A DNA stretch of 64,000 bases, from assembly GCF_006345805.1 (NCBI RefSeq), contig NC_043000.1, positions 83,762,001 to 83,826,000 on the forward strand, given 5' to 3'. Below the pieces are notes generated by a model. It was not told where the DNA came from. It made no database searches and saw only the letters and a list, made by a program, of their open reading frames with translations. Positions 50,231-64,000 of the stretch are shown here, one piece after another (positions within the stretch are counted from its first letter, which is position 1; each line of letters opens with the position of its first letter). The stretch comes from Octopus sinensis (lineage: Eukaryota). The position numbers and the translations under genes are program-made.

Positions 50231-53200
50231 GTGAAGTATTTCCTTAGCCAAACAAACAAAACAAATATCGATCTGTTTCTAATGGCATTAAGCAAAACCT
50301 TTACAAATATTTCACATTCTTTCTCACTACTTCTTCCACAATATCAGACTGACTGGTTCCTTTCATCTCACAGACATGTCTCCTCACTACACAATTAATT
50401 ATTATTTCAATGTTTAGTCATCATCATCATCACTACCACCACTGACATCAACACCATATGATAGTGGAGTGGAAGAATTGGGTGGAGCATGCACCAAGTT
50501 ACTTGTAATATTTAGCAATGTACCTCGCATTCTGTGTTCAAATCTTGCCAAAGTCAGCTGCATATCATCCACCCAGGGTTGATAATGAAATAAATACCAG
50601 TAAAATAATGGTGGAGGGGATGATCTATTTAATCTATTATATCTTTTCACACAAATTTATAGCTCTGTACTTGTGAGCTGACAGAATTGTTAGCATACCA
50701 GGCAAAATGATTTGTGACATTTCATCTGTCTTTGCATTCTGAGTTCAAATTACACCAAAGTCCACTTTGCCTTTCATCCTTTCAGGGTCAATAAAAGAAG
50801 TACCAGTTGAGTACTGGGGTTGATATAATCGACTTACCAACTCCTTTGAACTTTCTGGTCTTGTGACAAAAAATTTGAAATCATCATCATTATCATTATT
50901 ATTATTATTATTAGCTGGTACAATTGTTAGCATGTCCAAATTCCACTAAGGCTGACTTTGTCTTTCGTCCTTTCAAAGTCAATAAAATAAGTACCAGTTT
51001 TGCAATGGGGTGAATGTAACTGACTATCCCCTTCCTCTAAATTTCAGGCCTTGTGCCTATAACAGAAAGGATTTTTTATTATTATTATTATTATTATTAT
51101 TGTTATTATTATAGCCAATAAAATGCCAGGCAATATTTGTTCCAACTCTTTACATTTTGAGTTCAACTCCGTCATATATCCTTCTGGGGTCAATAAATAC
51201 AATACCACTCCTATACTGAGAGTGGTTCTGCATAAGGATGGTGGAGAGGCAGAATCATTAGAGCATCAGACATGATGTTTTGTAGTATTTCTCCTGAGAG
51301 TTTACACACAGAGTTCAAATCCAGCTGAAATCAACTTTGCTGCTCACCCCTCCTGAGGGAAGGAGGAAGGCTGATAAAATAAAATACTAGTCATGTAAGT
51401 GGGTCAGCTTCCATCCCACCAAATGGCTGATCACATGCCTATATTACAATTTATAACACAACAGTGGATTGGCATGATTGTTACAACATCAGAAAAATGC
51501 TTTGTATTATTTCTTCCAACTCTTTTCTCAAAATCTCAGGCCTTGTGCTTAGGGGCTAGAAACCATTAATTGCCTCCTCTCTTGTGTTCACCTTGTACCT
51601 TGAGGGTACATCCCCACCATCTCTTTTTTCTTTTCAAATAGGGAAGTCATGTATCCTCTCTTCAATAAGGAAACTGTCCCTGCCACCCTCTCTTATTCTT
51701 TAACCTCTAAACACCTGATATAAAGCCACTCCCCTCAATAATATAGCTCCATTCAGTTGAGAGGTCATGTCTTGCAAGTTACTTGGTAACCTAACTAGTG
51801 CTGGTGCCATAGAAAAGCATTCTACACACTCTGTAAGGTGGTTGGCATTAGGCAGGGCATAGAAACCATGCCAAAGCAGACATTGGACTGCAGTGCAGAC
51901 CTCTGATTTGTTGGTACCTCTCAAACTGCCCAACTAATGCCAGCATGGAAAATGGATGTTAAACAGTAATATCATTAGCAATATTATTATATCACCAAAA
52001 CTGTGACATTGTTAGTATCCTCACTAGAATACCTTCTCCCACATCCCTAACAATGACATATCTGGTAATAAATGCCCCTCAGGTACCTAGTTTTTCTTTT
52101 TCTTTCAAAAAATATAGAGAATACATTATGAGAGTGAAGTGCCAAGTCTAACAGTTACATTAAGGCATTAAAATTTTATAAAGATATTGACAACTTCACT
52201 TCTTGATATGCATATATGCATGTATGCATGTGTGTGTATAAATATATACACACACACACGCACTTTTTTACTTGTTTCAGCCATATAGCTGTGGTCATGC
52301 TGGAACACCACTGTAGTTTTACTGATATCCCCAGTCTGGGGTGTTTCACATCACCACTTCTGTATGTGCCTTTGTCATGCCTGTTGACTCATTTGGTGTA
52401 TAAGGGAGTTTGATTAAGCTGCCTTTTCTTTTCTACTCTAGTAACAACATAAGGTCTAAAATTTTAGTAGAGGATGGGGCTAGTTGATTACATTGACCCC
52501 AATACTTGACTGATACTTATTTCATCAACTCCAAAAGGATGAAAAGCAAATTTGACCTCAGTGGAATTTTAACTCAGAATGCAAAGATAGATGAAATGCT
52601 GCTAAGCATTTTGTTTGGCATGTTAACGATTTTGACAGCTCACTAAATATTATATAACAAACCACATAACAACAAAAGAAGTAGCTCTTGGTATTATTTG
52701 AAAACAGAGGACTAAGTTTATTAAATGATACAAGCACAGCACACTTACATACAGAGAGACAGACACACATATATATATATATATGCATATGTGTATATAT
52801 GTAACAGAACCTCCCAAAACTGGAAACCATTATGGAGGCATTATCTAAACCTAATAAAATTATTTATCTAAGAAGTAAATCAACCAATATCAATATAAGT
52901 AATCACCATAGACCTTGAATCCAATCCACAAACACTTCCAGTTTTATGAGAATGGAGGACAATTCAGAATAACGAGATCCCAAGACATAAAAGATTCACT
53001 AACAAGCATATCAAATATACATTTCCATCATTAGCTGCTAAATGAATATTACTATATGGATGTGAATGTGTGCAGTAACTGATGCTTGAACTCACAAAGT
53101 TGTAGGTTATAAAGCAGATAATAAATTTAGTGCAGCTACAGAAGCTGGAGTTAATAAGGCCGTGGCTACAAACTAGGTAATAAATTTAGAGCAATGATCT

Positions 53201-56039
53201 AATCTTTTTAAAGAGGCGGAAAATACAGCTGCTAATGATCACAATAATGAATTGTAATATATGTACAAGATCACACAATTTAGAAGGAAGGTACAGTTGA
53301 TGAAATTAACTATAATACTTAACCAGAAGTTATTTTATCTATTCTAGAGCTGTTAAAGATAAAATTGACACAGTAGAACTTGAACTGGGAAATAAAGAGA
53401 CACAAACAAAACCCAAATTGTACTTTGTCCAATGTTTTAACAATTCTGTAATTCCACCACAACAATGATTATTAGAGTTATGATTATAATGATTAATCTA
53501 TATATATATATGCAACCTTAACATCAGAATTCCATTGCCAAATTAGCAATTAAATAAGTCTAGTTTGATTATGTTGAGCAGCCTAAAGGTAAGACCAATC
53601 ATTTCTACTCTAATTCATATCCTCAAAGGATAAAAGGACATTTGTTAAAAACTCTCTCTCAGCTGTTGAGCTTTGAAAGGTTGTGAGTCAATGATAACCA
53701 TTCAAAGCTTAATGGATAGGAAGTAGTTTGAACTTTATAAACATCATTAATTCAGTTAATGTTAACATATTTAATACAGGGAGCATTATAAAGGTAATCA
53801 GAAGCAGCTATATGCTGAGTGAGAAGCAATATTAGTTTAATTATTTGGACATGATATTGTAGTAGGCACGTGGAAGTGGTGTTGTGAGTAAACAAGCATT
53901 TAGAGTAGTCCAAATATGTCTGGGTTATCAGACCTGTACAAAGGTTGTATTCACTGCCGCTTGCTGTTAAGAAGAATTATGGCTTTAGGCAATAAATGTT
54001 AAACACCAACAGTCATTTCAAGATGCCCTCTGGCAGAGTAGGGAATGCATTTCTAACTTCTTGGCTATCATCAGCACTGTGTACCGTAAGAGAGACAACT
54101 AAGAAATGACTTTGGAAACCTTGGCTTTTTTATAGTAAATCAGCTTCAAAACATGAACTGTATCATGTACATTAAGTCAGTGATTCTCACATCATTACTT
54201 CAACAAGTATAGTGAAGTCTGTTCCTTACTAATGAGGTCACAATAATATAGAAACATATTCTCTTGTACTTCCCTATTCTGTATTTCTAGTTGGCTTGTT
54301 TATTGCTCTCTGCATTAAATTTACTGACTATTCTTAAGGTGGCAAAATCATTAGTACACTGTGCAAAATGTTTAGCGGCATTTAGTCCATCTTTATGCTC
54401 CGAGTTCAAATTCTGCAGAAGTTGACTTTGTCTTTCATTCTTTCTGGGTTGATAAAACAAATACAAGTTGAGTGCTGGGGTAGATGTAATCAACTTACTC
54501 TTCCCTAAAATTACTGGTCTTAAGCCAAAATTTGAAACCAATTTAAAGATTATTCTCATGCCTTATGGCATCTTTAAAGTTTATTTATAAATATCACAGC
54601 TCAGTTTACATGCCGTAAATAGAGGGATTGTAGATAGGAAAGAACTTGCCTGTAGTCAGCCCTACAAAACCAGAGAAGCTATAAAATATTAAAGAATTGT
54701 GAAGTCAAATTTCATGAATTGGACTTCAGCTTCAACAGAGTTGTCATATTTTCCAAGTCCTATCAACTTGTAGAATCATAGTGATAACATAGGAAACCTA
54801 CTTCTTTTCACCATATTGTAAAAACAAAGGAAAATTCAACATGACACATTGACTTGCTAAAACTAGTAACCAAATCTTATTTATAATGCATTCTACCACA
54901 TTAAAAGGATAAGGCCACACCGGATAATTGTAGATAGTCATCATTTAATGTCCACTCTTTCAATGCTTGCATGTGTTTGATGGAATCTGTTGAAGCGTAT
55001 TTTCTATGGCCAGATGCTCTTCATGTTGCCAATTCTCACTTGTTTTCAAGCAAAGGAATATTAGCCCAAATCACCACCACCACCACACACACACACACAC
55101 AACCCACTTCTAACAAGGCTTTGGTCAGCCCCTGTCTATAAACAAGATGCTTACCCAAGGTGCCACACAATGGGACTGAACCTGAAACCATATAATTAGG
55201 AAGCAAGCTTCCCAGCCACAAAGCCATTCCTGCACCTATTTTATCTGAATAAAATATGGAAAATATTGTAACAGCTGAAATGTCTTTGGTCATAGGTCTG
55301 TATAATTACAACTGAATTGGGCCTACACAACAATACACAACAGCAGCTGAAAACATTTGGTAAGCCACCAATTGTCAGGCATACTTTCTTAATGTTCTTC
55401 TAATGTTGACAACAGAAGAAGAAAAAAAAAAAAGGCTTCTCTCTCCATAAATTACAACAATACCTGGTTGTCTGAGAAATCTCTGCAAAGGTTTCCATTG
55501 CTACCCATGTACATAAGTTTAAGATCTCACTACCATTGTGAAATGGTTGCAAGTTGCAAGAGATTTTAAGTGTTAAGAATTGCAATGAGAGTTTTTTGTA
55601 CTTATCTCAAAGAGTTTTTGAGGCTATAATGACAATTCTACTTAATAACAATGGTCAGCAACTGAGGAAAATCTATAAGTCTATGAAAACCAGAAATTTT
55701 ATTTTTAAATATATTCATGAATTAATCCTGGAAGTATACATTGTCTAGTTTTGAATCTTCAATTGTTGTCATGGCATCAATATATTAGCTATAAATAACT
55801 TTTGAAATTATCCATAATCTGATGTGGTGTTATTATCGTGTCGTCTTTTCCCTTCTTTCTTATGCTTCTATCTGTTGCAAGCTAATTATTAAGTTTCAAC
55901 AATTATAATTTCACAATTTTGTAAATGTGCTGCTGGTCAAATGATTACAATAGTAATAATACACATTTTTCTTTATGATACCTTATATATATATATATAT
56001 ATATATTACAGATAATGCTGGTGATGATGATAAACCTAT

Positions 56040-56113
<74 letters not shown>

Positions 56114-56348
56114 CCTTTCTACTAAAGGCACAAGGCCTGAAATTTGGGAGGAGGGGACTAGTTGATTACATTGACCCCAATGTTTTGTTGGTACTTAACT
56201 TATCGGCCTGAAAGAGTGAAAGGCAAAGTTGACCTCAGCAGAATTTGAACTCAGAATGTAGTGATGGGCGAAATATTGCTAAGCATTTCGTCCAGCGTGC
56301 TAATGATTCTGCCAGCTTGCTGCCTTAATAATAATAATAATAATAATA

Positions 56349-56383
<35 letters not shown>

Positions 56384-57281
56384 GCTTCAAATTTTGGCAC
56401 AAGGCCAGCAGGTATAAGGGTGCAGGTAAGTCAGTTCATCAACTCCAGTGCACAACTTGTACTTATTTTTATCGACCCTGAAAGGATGAAAGCAAAGTCA
56501 ACCACGATGGAATTTGAACTTGAAGTGAAAAGACAAACAAAATGTTGCTAAGCATTTTGCCCAGTGTGCTAACGATTCTGCTAGGTTGCTACCTTAATAA
56601 TAATAATATTGATAATGATCCTTTCTACTTTAAGCACAAGGTTTGAAATTTTGGGTGGTGGGGTGGGTATAGTCGATTACATTAACTCCAGTGCTCAACT
56701 AGTACTTATTTTATCAACCCTGAAAGGATGAACGGTAAAGTTGACGTCAGTGGAATTTGAACCCAAAATGTAAAAGCCAGAAGAAATGCAGCTAAGCATT
56801 TTATCTGGCATGGTAATGATTCTGCTAACTCACTACCTTAACAATAACAACAATGATAGAACACAACAGATGAGAAAATTGTATTCATCATCAAGAAGGA
56901 CCTATTTATTGTAATTAATGTGGCATGTATCTTTGATACCATAGTATAAAAATTAAAAGGAAAGAAATGTAGAGATTCACATTGACTTGAAGTATGAAAT
57001 CTGTAGTTGCTTGGGCAAAGGAATTATTACTGGAGCCTTGGGAACAGTGACAAAAATCTGAGAAGAAACCTTGAAAATCTTGATCTTAATCTGGGAATAG
57101 GATACTGTATAGAAAACATGTCTACTTGTTTCAGCAAGAATTACCTGAAAGTCCTGAACACAATGTATGAATGAATATGAAGAACAAGGAAAAACCTTTT
57201 ATACAGAAGGTACAAAATGCTTTTCATACTAGATGCATAATCAAACCGAGCACACCACTAACTCTGTGTAACAACAAACTA

Positions 57282-57323
<42 letters not shown>

Positions 57324-57537
57324 CCTTTCTACTATAGATACAAGGCCTGAAATTTTGGGGGGACTAGTCAATTACATCGACCCCAGTGTTTCACTGGTAC
57401 TAAATTTATTGACCCTGAATGGATGAAAGGCAAAGTTGACCGCAGCAGAATTTGAACTCAGAATGTAGAGACAGGTGAAATACTGCTAAGTATTTTGCCT
57501 GGCATGCTAAAGATTCTGCCAGCTTGCTGCCTTAAAG

Positions 57538-57574
<37 letters not shown>

Positions 57575-58153
57575 TAAGGTGAAAATGTCACTATTCTCTG
57601 GTATTTTCCAGTCAACACTGACAGAATGATACAGGCTAATCAACCAGACATAATTATTAAAGACAGGGAAGAAAATACTTGTAGACTAATAGATGTAAGT
57701 GTTCCCACTGATAAAAATATATCTGACAAGTACTGCCTACATCCTTAGAAAAACCCTATCCATTTAAATGTCTGTGTTGTATTACATGAAGATATTTTGC
57801 TACTGCCCCTGACAGTCTCCCTCCCCAAGCTTTCAGTCATACTGTAACATCTCTTATCTTTCACTCACCCCAGGATGCTGGATGTGTCTTGGCAAGTGAT
57901 TGTAACAAACATGCAAATTAAATGTAAAAAAATAATAATCCTTTCTACTATAGCCACAAAGCTTGAAATTTTGGAGAAAGGGACTGGACAACTGCATCGA
58001 CCCCAGTGTTTCATTGGTACTGAATTTATTGACCCTGAAAGGATGAAAGGCAAAGCTGATCTCAGCAGAATTTGAACTCAAGATTGTAAAGTTAGAAGAA
58101 ATGCCACTAAGCATTTCCCTCAGCATGGTAACGATTCTGCCAGCTGGCCACCC

Positions 58154-58207
<54 letters not shown>

Positions 58208-58278
58208 TAATAATGATAATGATAATTATAATAATAATAACAATAATAATAATAATAATGATAATAATAATAATAATG

Positions 58279-58362
<84 letters not shown>

Positions 58363-58430
58363 TAATAATGATAATGATAATTATAATAATAATAACAATA
58401 ATAATAATAATGATAATAATAATAATAATG

Positions 58431-58476
<46 letters not shown>
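58154..58476. repeat. Long interrupted (AAT)n microsatellite
   Basis: Directly visible. It is the source of the poly-N and poly-I ORFs. Confidence 0.97.
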
Positions 58477-58477
<1 letters not shown>

Positions 58478-58478
<1 letters not shown>

Positions 58479-59035
58479 GTCAGCAACAAAATGAAACCAT
58501 TGATCATGTTGTCTCCAAGTGCAGTCTTCTAGCGCCTACAGAGTATCTCAACAGGCATGATAGAGCTGCACAATATATTCACTGGGTAATTTGCAAAAAC
58601 CTGGATTTGCCCCATGGAAAAAACCGGTGGGAACACAAACCACCTCCAGTGCTTGAAAATGACCACATCTCACTCCTCTGGAACTTCACCATTCAAACTG
58701 ACAGAAAGATAGTTGCAAATAGGTCAGACATCATATTGAAAGACTTCAGACAAAGAACATGCCTCCTCATTGATATGACTATCCCAATCGATATAAACGT
58801 ATCTGTCAAGACCTACCAAAAACTGAGCAAATATAAAGATCTTGAAATAGAAATCAGCAAAATGTGGAACCTGAAGACTAAAACAATACCTGTTGTCATA
58901 AGTGCCTTGGGAATGATAGCGAAAGGGGCTAATTGCTACCTAATTCAGATACCAGGAAACCCCAAAATGGCAGAAATTCAAAAGATAGTGCTCATGGGAA
59001 CTGCTCATATCCTACGCAAAATACTTTCTATGTAA
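58478..59035 (+). mobile_element. R4/Dong-like non-LTR element 3' end (CCHC plus restriction-like endonuclease)
   Basis: Open frame CQQQNETIDHVVSKC...YLNRHD...WEHKP...NRSDII...LIDMTIP...KLSKYKDL...PVVISALG. The canonical RPD appears as RSD. Smaller related fragments at ~56860-57280 and 57580-57765. Confidence 0.88.
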
Positions 59036-59059
59036 TCTCAAGGTTTAAAACAAACAATC

Positions 59060-60040
59060 GAATTTTATCAGATCAATGAAAAACTGGGATACAGAGTTAA
59101 CTTCATGTGGAAAATCTTTGGTGATGGTTAACATCAAGAGAGGCTTATTTCAAACAGACAGCTTATCACCATTGCTGTTTCTGATTTGTATGATACCCCT
59201 CACACAGATACTACAAAAAGTGACATTGGGGTACATCTTGATAAGTGGAGGGAAATTAAATCATCTGTTGTATATGGATGATTTAAAGATCTTTGGAAAG
59301 ACTGAACATGAAATAAACAGCCTAGTTTCAACAGTGCAGATATTCAGTAAGGATATCAGAATGGAATTTGGGACTAAAAAGTGTAGTATACTTATAATAC
59401 AAAGAGGCAAAGTAGTGTCATCTGATGGTGTAGAGCTACCCAACAGCGAGAAAATCAAAGATATGGAGACTAATGGATATAAATATCTGGGGATTTTAGA
59501 ATATGACAAAATCAACGAAAATTAAATGAAGGAAAGTTTTAGGCGAGAATATCTCAGAAGAATTAAGTTAATTATGGGAAGTAAACTCAATGGAAAAAAC
59601 AAAATCAGGGCAATAAACACATGGGCTGTTTTCTTAATGCTATACGGTGCAGGTGCTGTTAAGTGTACAAAGAAAGAGCGTGAGGAAATAGACTGGAAAA
59701 CTAGAAAAATGATGACAACCAACACGGAACTACACCTCAAAAGTGATACTGACAGACTCTAGAAACAGGAGTGGAAGAGATCTCATATTATTCAAGATCT
59801 GTGTTGTCAATGAGAAGAACAGTCTAGGATGGTACATCAAACAGCAGAGTGAATCTTTGCTTGCTGCTGTTAGAATTAAGAATACCTACCTAAAATATGA
59901 TGCACCCACAAACATTTAAGAAACAAGATACAGAAGAAAGAGTAAACAATTGGAAAATGAAACCACTGCATGGACAATACCTCAGAAAAATCGAAAGAAA
60001 AGACCAGATCAACACTTGGAGAAGGCTAATGGGAAAGTGA
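59060..60040 (+). mobile_element. R4/Dong-like RT fragment, decayed
   Basis: IKRGLFQTDSLSPLLF, LNHLLYMDDLKIF, YKYLGILE, KLNGKNKIRAINTWA, KPLHGQY, with stops. It lies downstream of the endonuclease fragment, so it is a separate insertion. Confidence 0.88.
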
Positions 60041-61025
60041 TCCTGGGCGCTGCATATCAATGATAAATTCTATATATACTGACAAGGTAAATTTAGCTTC
60101 ACCACCAGCAATGGAGTAAGCATTACTGATGAGCATTAATTTCCACGTGAAATGGGGATGCCTGTCTAATGCCACTCATTTGCAGTGGGGAGGTTATGTC
60201 CCTTGTCAGTAAATAGAACATGTGCTTCTGAGGCTAAAGAATCTTTGACTCTTATTTCTAGTAATAGTGGCGCTCCCTGCACCCTCTGTCACCTTTTTGT
60301 GACAGTTAATTATATATATGTATGTGTGTATGTGTATGTATGTTTGTCCCTCCCACCATTGCTTAACAACTGGTATTGGTTTGTTTACAACCCTGTAACT
60401 TAGCAGTTTGGCAAAAGAGACCAATAGTATAAATACTGGAGTCAATTTGCTCAACAAAATCAACTAAATCTTCTAAGTAGTGTCCCAGTATGGCCGCACT
60501 CCAATGACTGAAACTAGTAAAAGATTGTTCAACGCCTCAGCTAATATAAACAAAAATGCCCATCTGCCTTCCCTCTTGATGGTTTTCTTGACTTTTCTGA
60601 AGGGTTCACTGTCTATAGATTTAACTGCATTATTGGAGACAGCTTAGCTGTATCTGCAGTGAGGTTGTGGTTGGTGCTGCATCTCAATCGTGAGGAAGTG
60701 ATTAACATAGTGATGCAATCCATCCACACCACAACAACACTGTTGCTGTTGTCACTAATTGTGCCGTTGATGTTGCAGTTACTTCACTTAGCAAGTGTCA
60801 GACTTAGGAATTCTTGGCTGAAGTTACACCAACTTCTATTGTTGTCTCCTTACACTTTTGTTCTTGTTGCTGTTGTAGGTGTTGATGTTGCTATTGTTAT
60901 CATTGCTGCAGTTGTTTAAGTTGTTGCTGTTGTTGTTATTATAGACATAAATTATATATATTCACATGTTTCTATAGCTGAGGCTCTCTTTCTAAATGAT
61001 AAATACTATTTACTTTCTCTCTCTC

Positions 61026-61056
<31 letters not shown>

Positions 61057-61796
61057 TCTTTCTCACTTTTTATGATCATTCTTTCTCCCTCTTTAATCTG
61101 TAATTCTCTTTTGAAAATTATGAAGTTGTTTTCCATTTTCTAATTCTGAGGTTAAAAATTGGCTGAATGCAAATTTATATGAAAACCGTGAAAATTTCCT
61201 CAGAGGGAAATTTTACAATTAAAAGAGACTTACCAAAACGCAGCTGATCCTTTCCTATATCTAATTATACAAAATCTTTTAAAATAATTAAACTCTTTTA
61301 GATCAAAAAGAGCAATGTTCTGTGAAGATTTTTAGAGATAAACAGACTGTGGCTTTCAGATATGGCAGTAATAATGATAATATTTCATTTCGTATCAAAA
61401 ATCAGAACTTGATAGCAATAAAAGAACTACTATCAAGGCCCAGAAAATTGTTACAAAAATGCAGGATTGTAGAAAGTTAACTAAAAACATGGGAAGTGTC
61501 AAAGACATTCTATATTATAATGAAAGGAATTATTATCTTTAAAATTAGACAAAATCATGGTTCCAAATTTTGGCACAAGGCCAGCAAGATTGAAGGATGG
61601 GGTAAGTTGATTACTCTGACTTCAGTGTTCAATTGGTATTTACTTTGTTGAACTCGAAAGGATGAAAGTCAAAGTCAACTTTGACGGAATTTGAACTCAG
61701 AAGGTAAAGAAGGATGAAATACCACTAAGCATTTTGCCTGGTGTGCTAACAATTCTCCCAGCTCACCACCTTAGAATTAGACAAAATAATTGAATA

Positions 61797-62684
61797 CAGG
61801 GTGTGGTGAATAAACTGTTGTCTAAATTATGCAAAAATGAAAATAACACTGACATCTGATTTAACAGACATATTTACCAAAATTACGTTAAAATATTTTG
61901 AAATACTAAAGAGTAAATTTATTCAATAAAATCGCCATTGGCTTCAACCAGGGCCTCCAGATGACTTCAGAATCTCCTGCAACTCTTCTGGACAATCTCC
62001 TTGTTTAAGTTGGTCAATGCTGCCATAACGCTTGCCTTCAGTTCATTTTTGGTGCTACAGGGAGTTTTCTTGGTCTTTCACTCAGCTGCACCCCACACAT
62101 AATAATCAAGAGGATTACAGTCTGGTGAGTTAGGTGGTCAGATATTAGGGGTGATGTGGTCGCAGAAGTTGTCTAACAACCATAATTGGGTTCTCCTGCT
62201 TGAGTGGCATGGTGCAGAGTCCTGTTGCTAGACATAGGGTCTTCCAGCAGCCACCCTCTTGACCCAGGGCAGCACTACCTCCTCCAAGCACTTGATGTAG
62301 GCCTCCATGTTGTGTCTGAGGTTGCATGGGAAGATGAATGGAGGCATAATATTGCTATCACTAGTGATCATTCCAAACACCATAATGTTGACTGGATGTT
62401 TGATTTTTATCACTCCTGGTACATATCCTCATATTGCACTGTACTCAGATTGACACCCGAACACTCTGAGATATCCATATTGGAGCTTCTGGTGCAAATG
62501 CCAAGCAGTACATCATGTCATTTCCAAATTTCTGGCACAGTGAATTGAGTCATGGTGCTGTTTTTCTCACAGACAGTGCCCAACAGACCCTGCTATACTG
62601 TGTAGTCAACAAAATCAAGAACAAACAATGTGCATGCACAAAATAAAAAATATAAAATGGCGACAATTTACCCATCACACCCTG
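61797..62684 (-). mobile_element. Tc1/mariner (maT/DD37D-like) transposon, internally deleted
   Basis: TA|cagggtgtggtgaataaactgttgtc ... gacaatttacccatcacaccctg|TA. Minus-strand remnants MVFGMITSD..MPPFIF, QQDSAPCH, PPNSPDCNPLDYYVWG. Confidence 0.85.
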
Positions 62685-63079
62685 TACATATGAACACACA
62701 ACATAGTTAAATTATATGTAATTAATAAAAAACAGACAAACAAAGGAATCTCACCCACACATAAATGGAAAACAAATGCCAAGGCAGGATCAGAATATTC
62801 TAGGAGTCAGTCTGTTTTGGAGATAGTATCTTGCTTTCTCTGGACTTTTTTTTTTCTGGTTTGTTATCTTTTATCTTGGCTGTTATCTTTTATCTTTTAC
62901 TTGTTTCAGTCATTAGGCTGTGGCCATGCTAGGGCACTGCCTTGAAGAAGTTTTAATTGAATGAATCGACCCCAGTACCTGTTTTGTTTGTTAAGCCTGG
63001 TACTTAGTCTATTGGTCTCTTTTGCCAAACTGCAAATTACAGGGATGTAATTATAGACACAAAGAGTCTCTCTCTCACT

Positions 63080-63110
<31 letters not shown>

Positions 63111-64000
63111 ACACAATGGGATTCTTTCAGTTTCTCTCTATCAAATTCCCTCACAAAGTCTTGGTCAACCCAAGGCTATAGTAGAAGACTAAGCTTGGAA
63201 CCTGAAACCATATGGTTGGGAAGCAAGCTCCTTACTACACAACTATTTGCTGAAGATTTCACCAAAAGTCTATTATCTCAGGGTCCTTTGAATTCACCAG
63301 TTCCATGTCTTCAGTTAACTCTTTAGCATTTACATTAGTCACAAGACCAAGAATTTGAGGAGGGATCAAATTGATTACATCAACCCCAGTACTCAACTGG
63401 AACTTATTTTATTGATTCCAAAAGGATGGAAAGCAAAGTCAACCTCAGTGGAATTTGAACTCAGAACATAAAGCCAGAAGAAATATCGCTCACCATTTTG
63501 CCTGGTGTGCTAATGATTCTGTCAATAATAATAATAACAATGATAATAATAATAATAGACAATAATAATTATAAACAATGATAGGATAAAAAAAATGAGA
63601 GAAATTTCTCAATGCTAAAAGAAATGTAAAACAAAAAAGTTTAAAGACATTAAGAGACAAAAAACAGATAACAAAATAAGCCAATATACATTAATATTCC
63701 CATCCTTAAATGCTTATAAACATTTCCTTATTTGCATTAAGATTTTATTTCTGTATTTTTCTTTTAAACTACAAGCAGCTTCTTCAAAATTGTTAACTCT
63801 AGTTGCAAGAGAGAAATAAAACAAAGAAAAACATCATTTTTTAAAAAACGTTTTCTTTTTCTTTAAATTGATATTTTTTCTTTTGATTTGAATTTTTCAG
63901 AAATATAAAAAAAAACTCAAATAGCTTTTTAATTAAAAGAATATTTAATGAAATAAAAGAACATGAAAGAGATTAAATAAAAATGATAAAATGAAATAAA

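Noticed and set aside
55464-55560. Candidate for the missing upstream TBC1D32 exon (CAG|gtattg donor)
   Set aside because: The phase-0 frame is closed by TGA about 21 codons upstream and shows no similarity to the expected segment.
58101-58532. Poly-N, poly-I and poly-L ORFs
   Set aside because: They are translations of the (AAT)n tract.

Overview
AT-rich eukaryotic genomic DNA dense in microsatellites, SINEs and LINEs. The repeat families look like those of an octopod cephalopod (Octopus sp.); this is inferred from recognising the families, not from a search. The whole window lies inside one large minus-strand gene. Seven short GT-AG exons (40516-40441, 35473-35367, 31190-31129, 16362-16221, 11900-11844, 6449-6356, 2842-2705; 676 nt) splice in frame into a 225-aa segment that matches the N-terminal BROMI region of TBC1D32 (broad-minded). 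Most of these exons are absent from the ORF track. The introns hold RTE, CR1-like, R4/Dong-like and Penelope-like retroelement remnants, mariner/Tc1 elements, MITEs, a non-autonomous Helitron, several tRNA-derived SINE families, tandem repeats and many fold-back structures. The most interesting non-coding signals are: minimal type-I hammerhead-ribozyme-like motifs, one on the pre-mRNA strand; a cluster of three CAG|GT junctions that could be recursive splice sites or a microexon; a strand-asymmetric G-U hairpin; inverted repeats next to exons that could be ADAR or circRNA substrates; and a young ~360-bp tandem array that captured a mariner end. I found no convincing wholly new multi-gene system. 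Nearly all other ORF-track entries are repeat or low-complexity noise.
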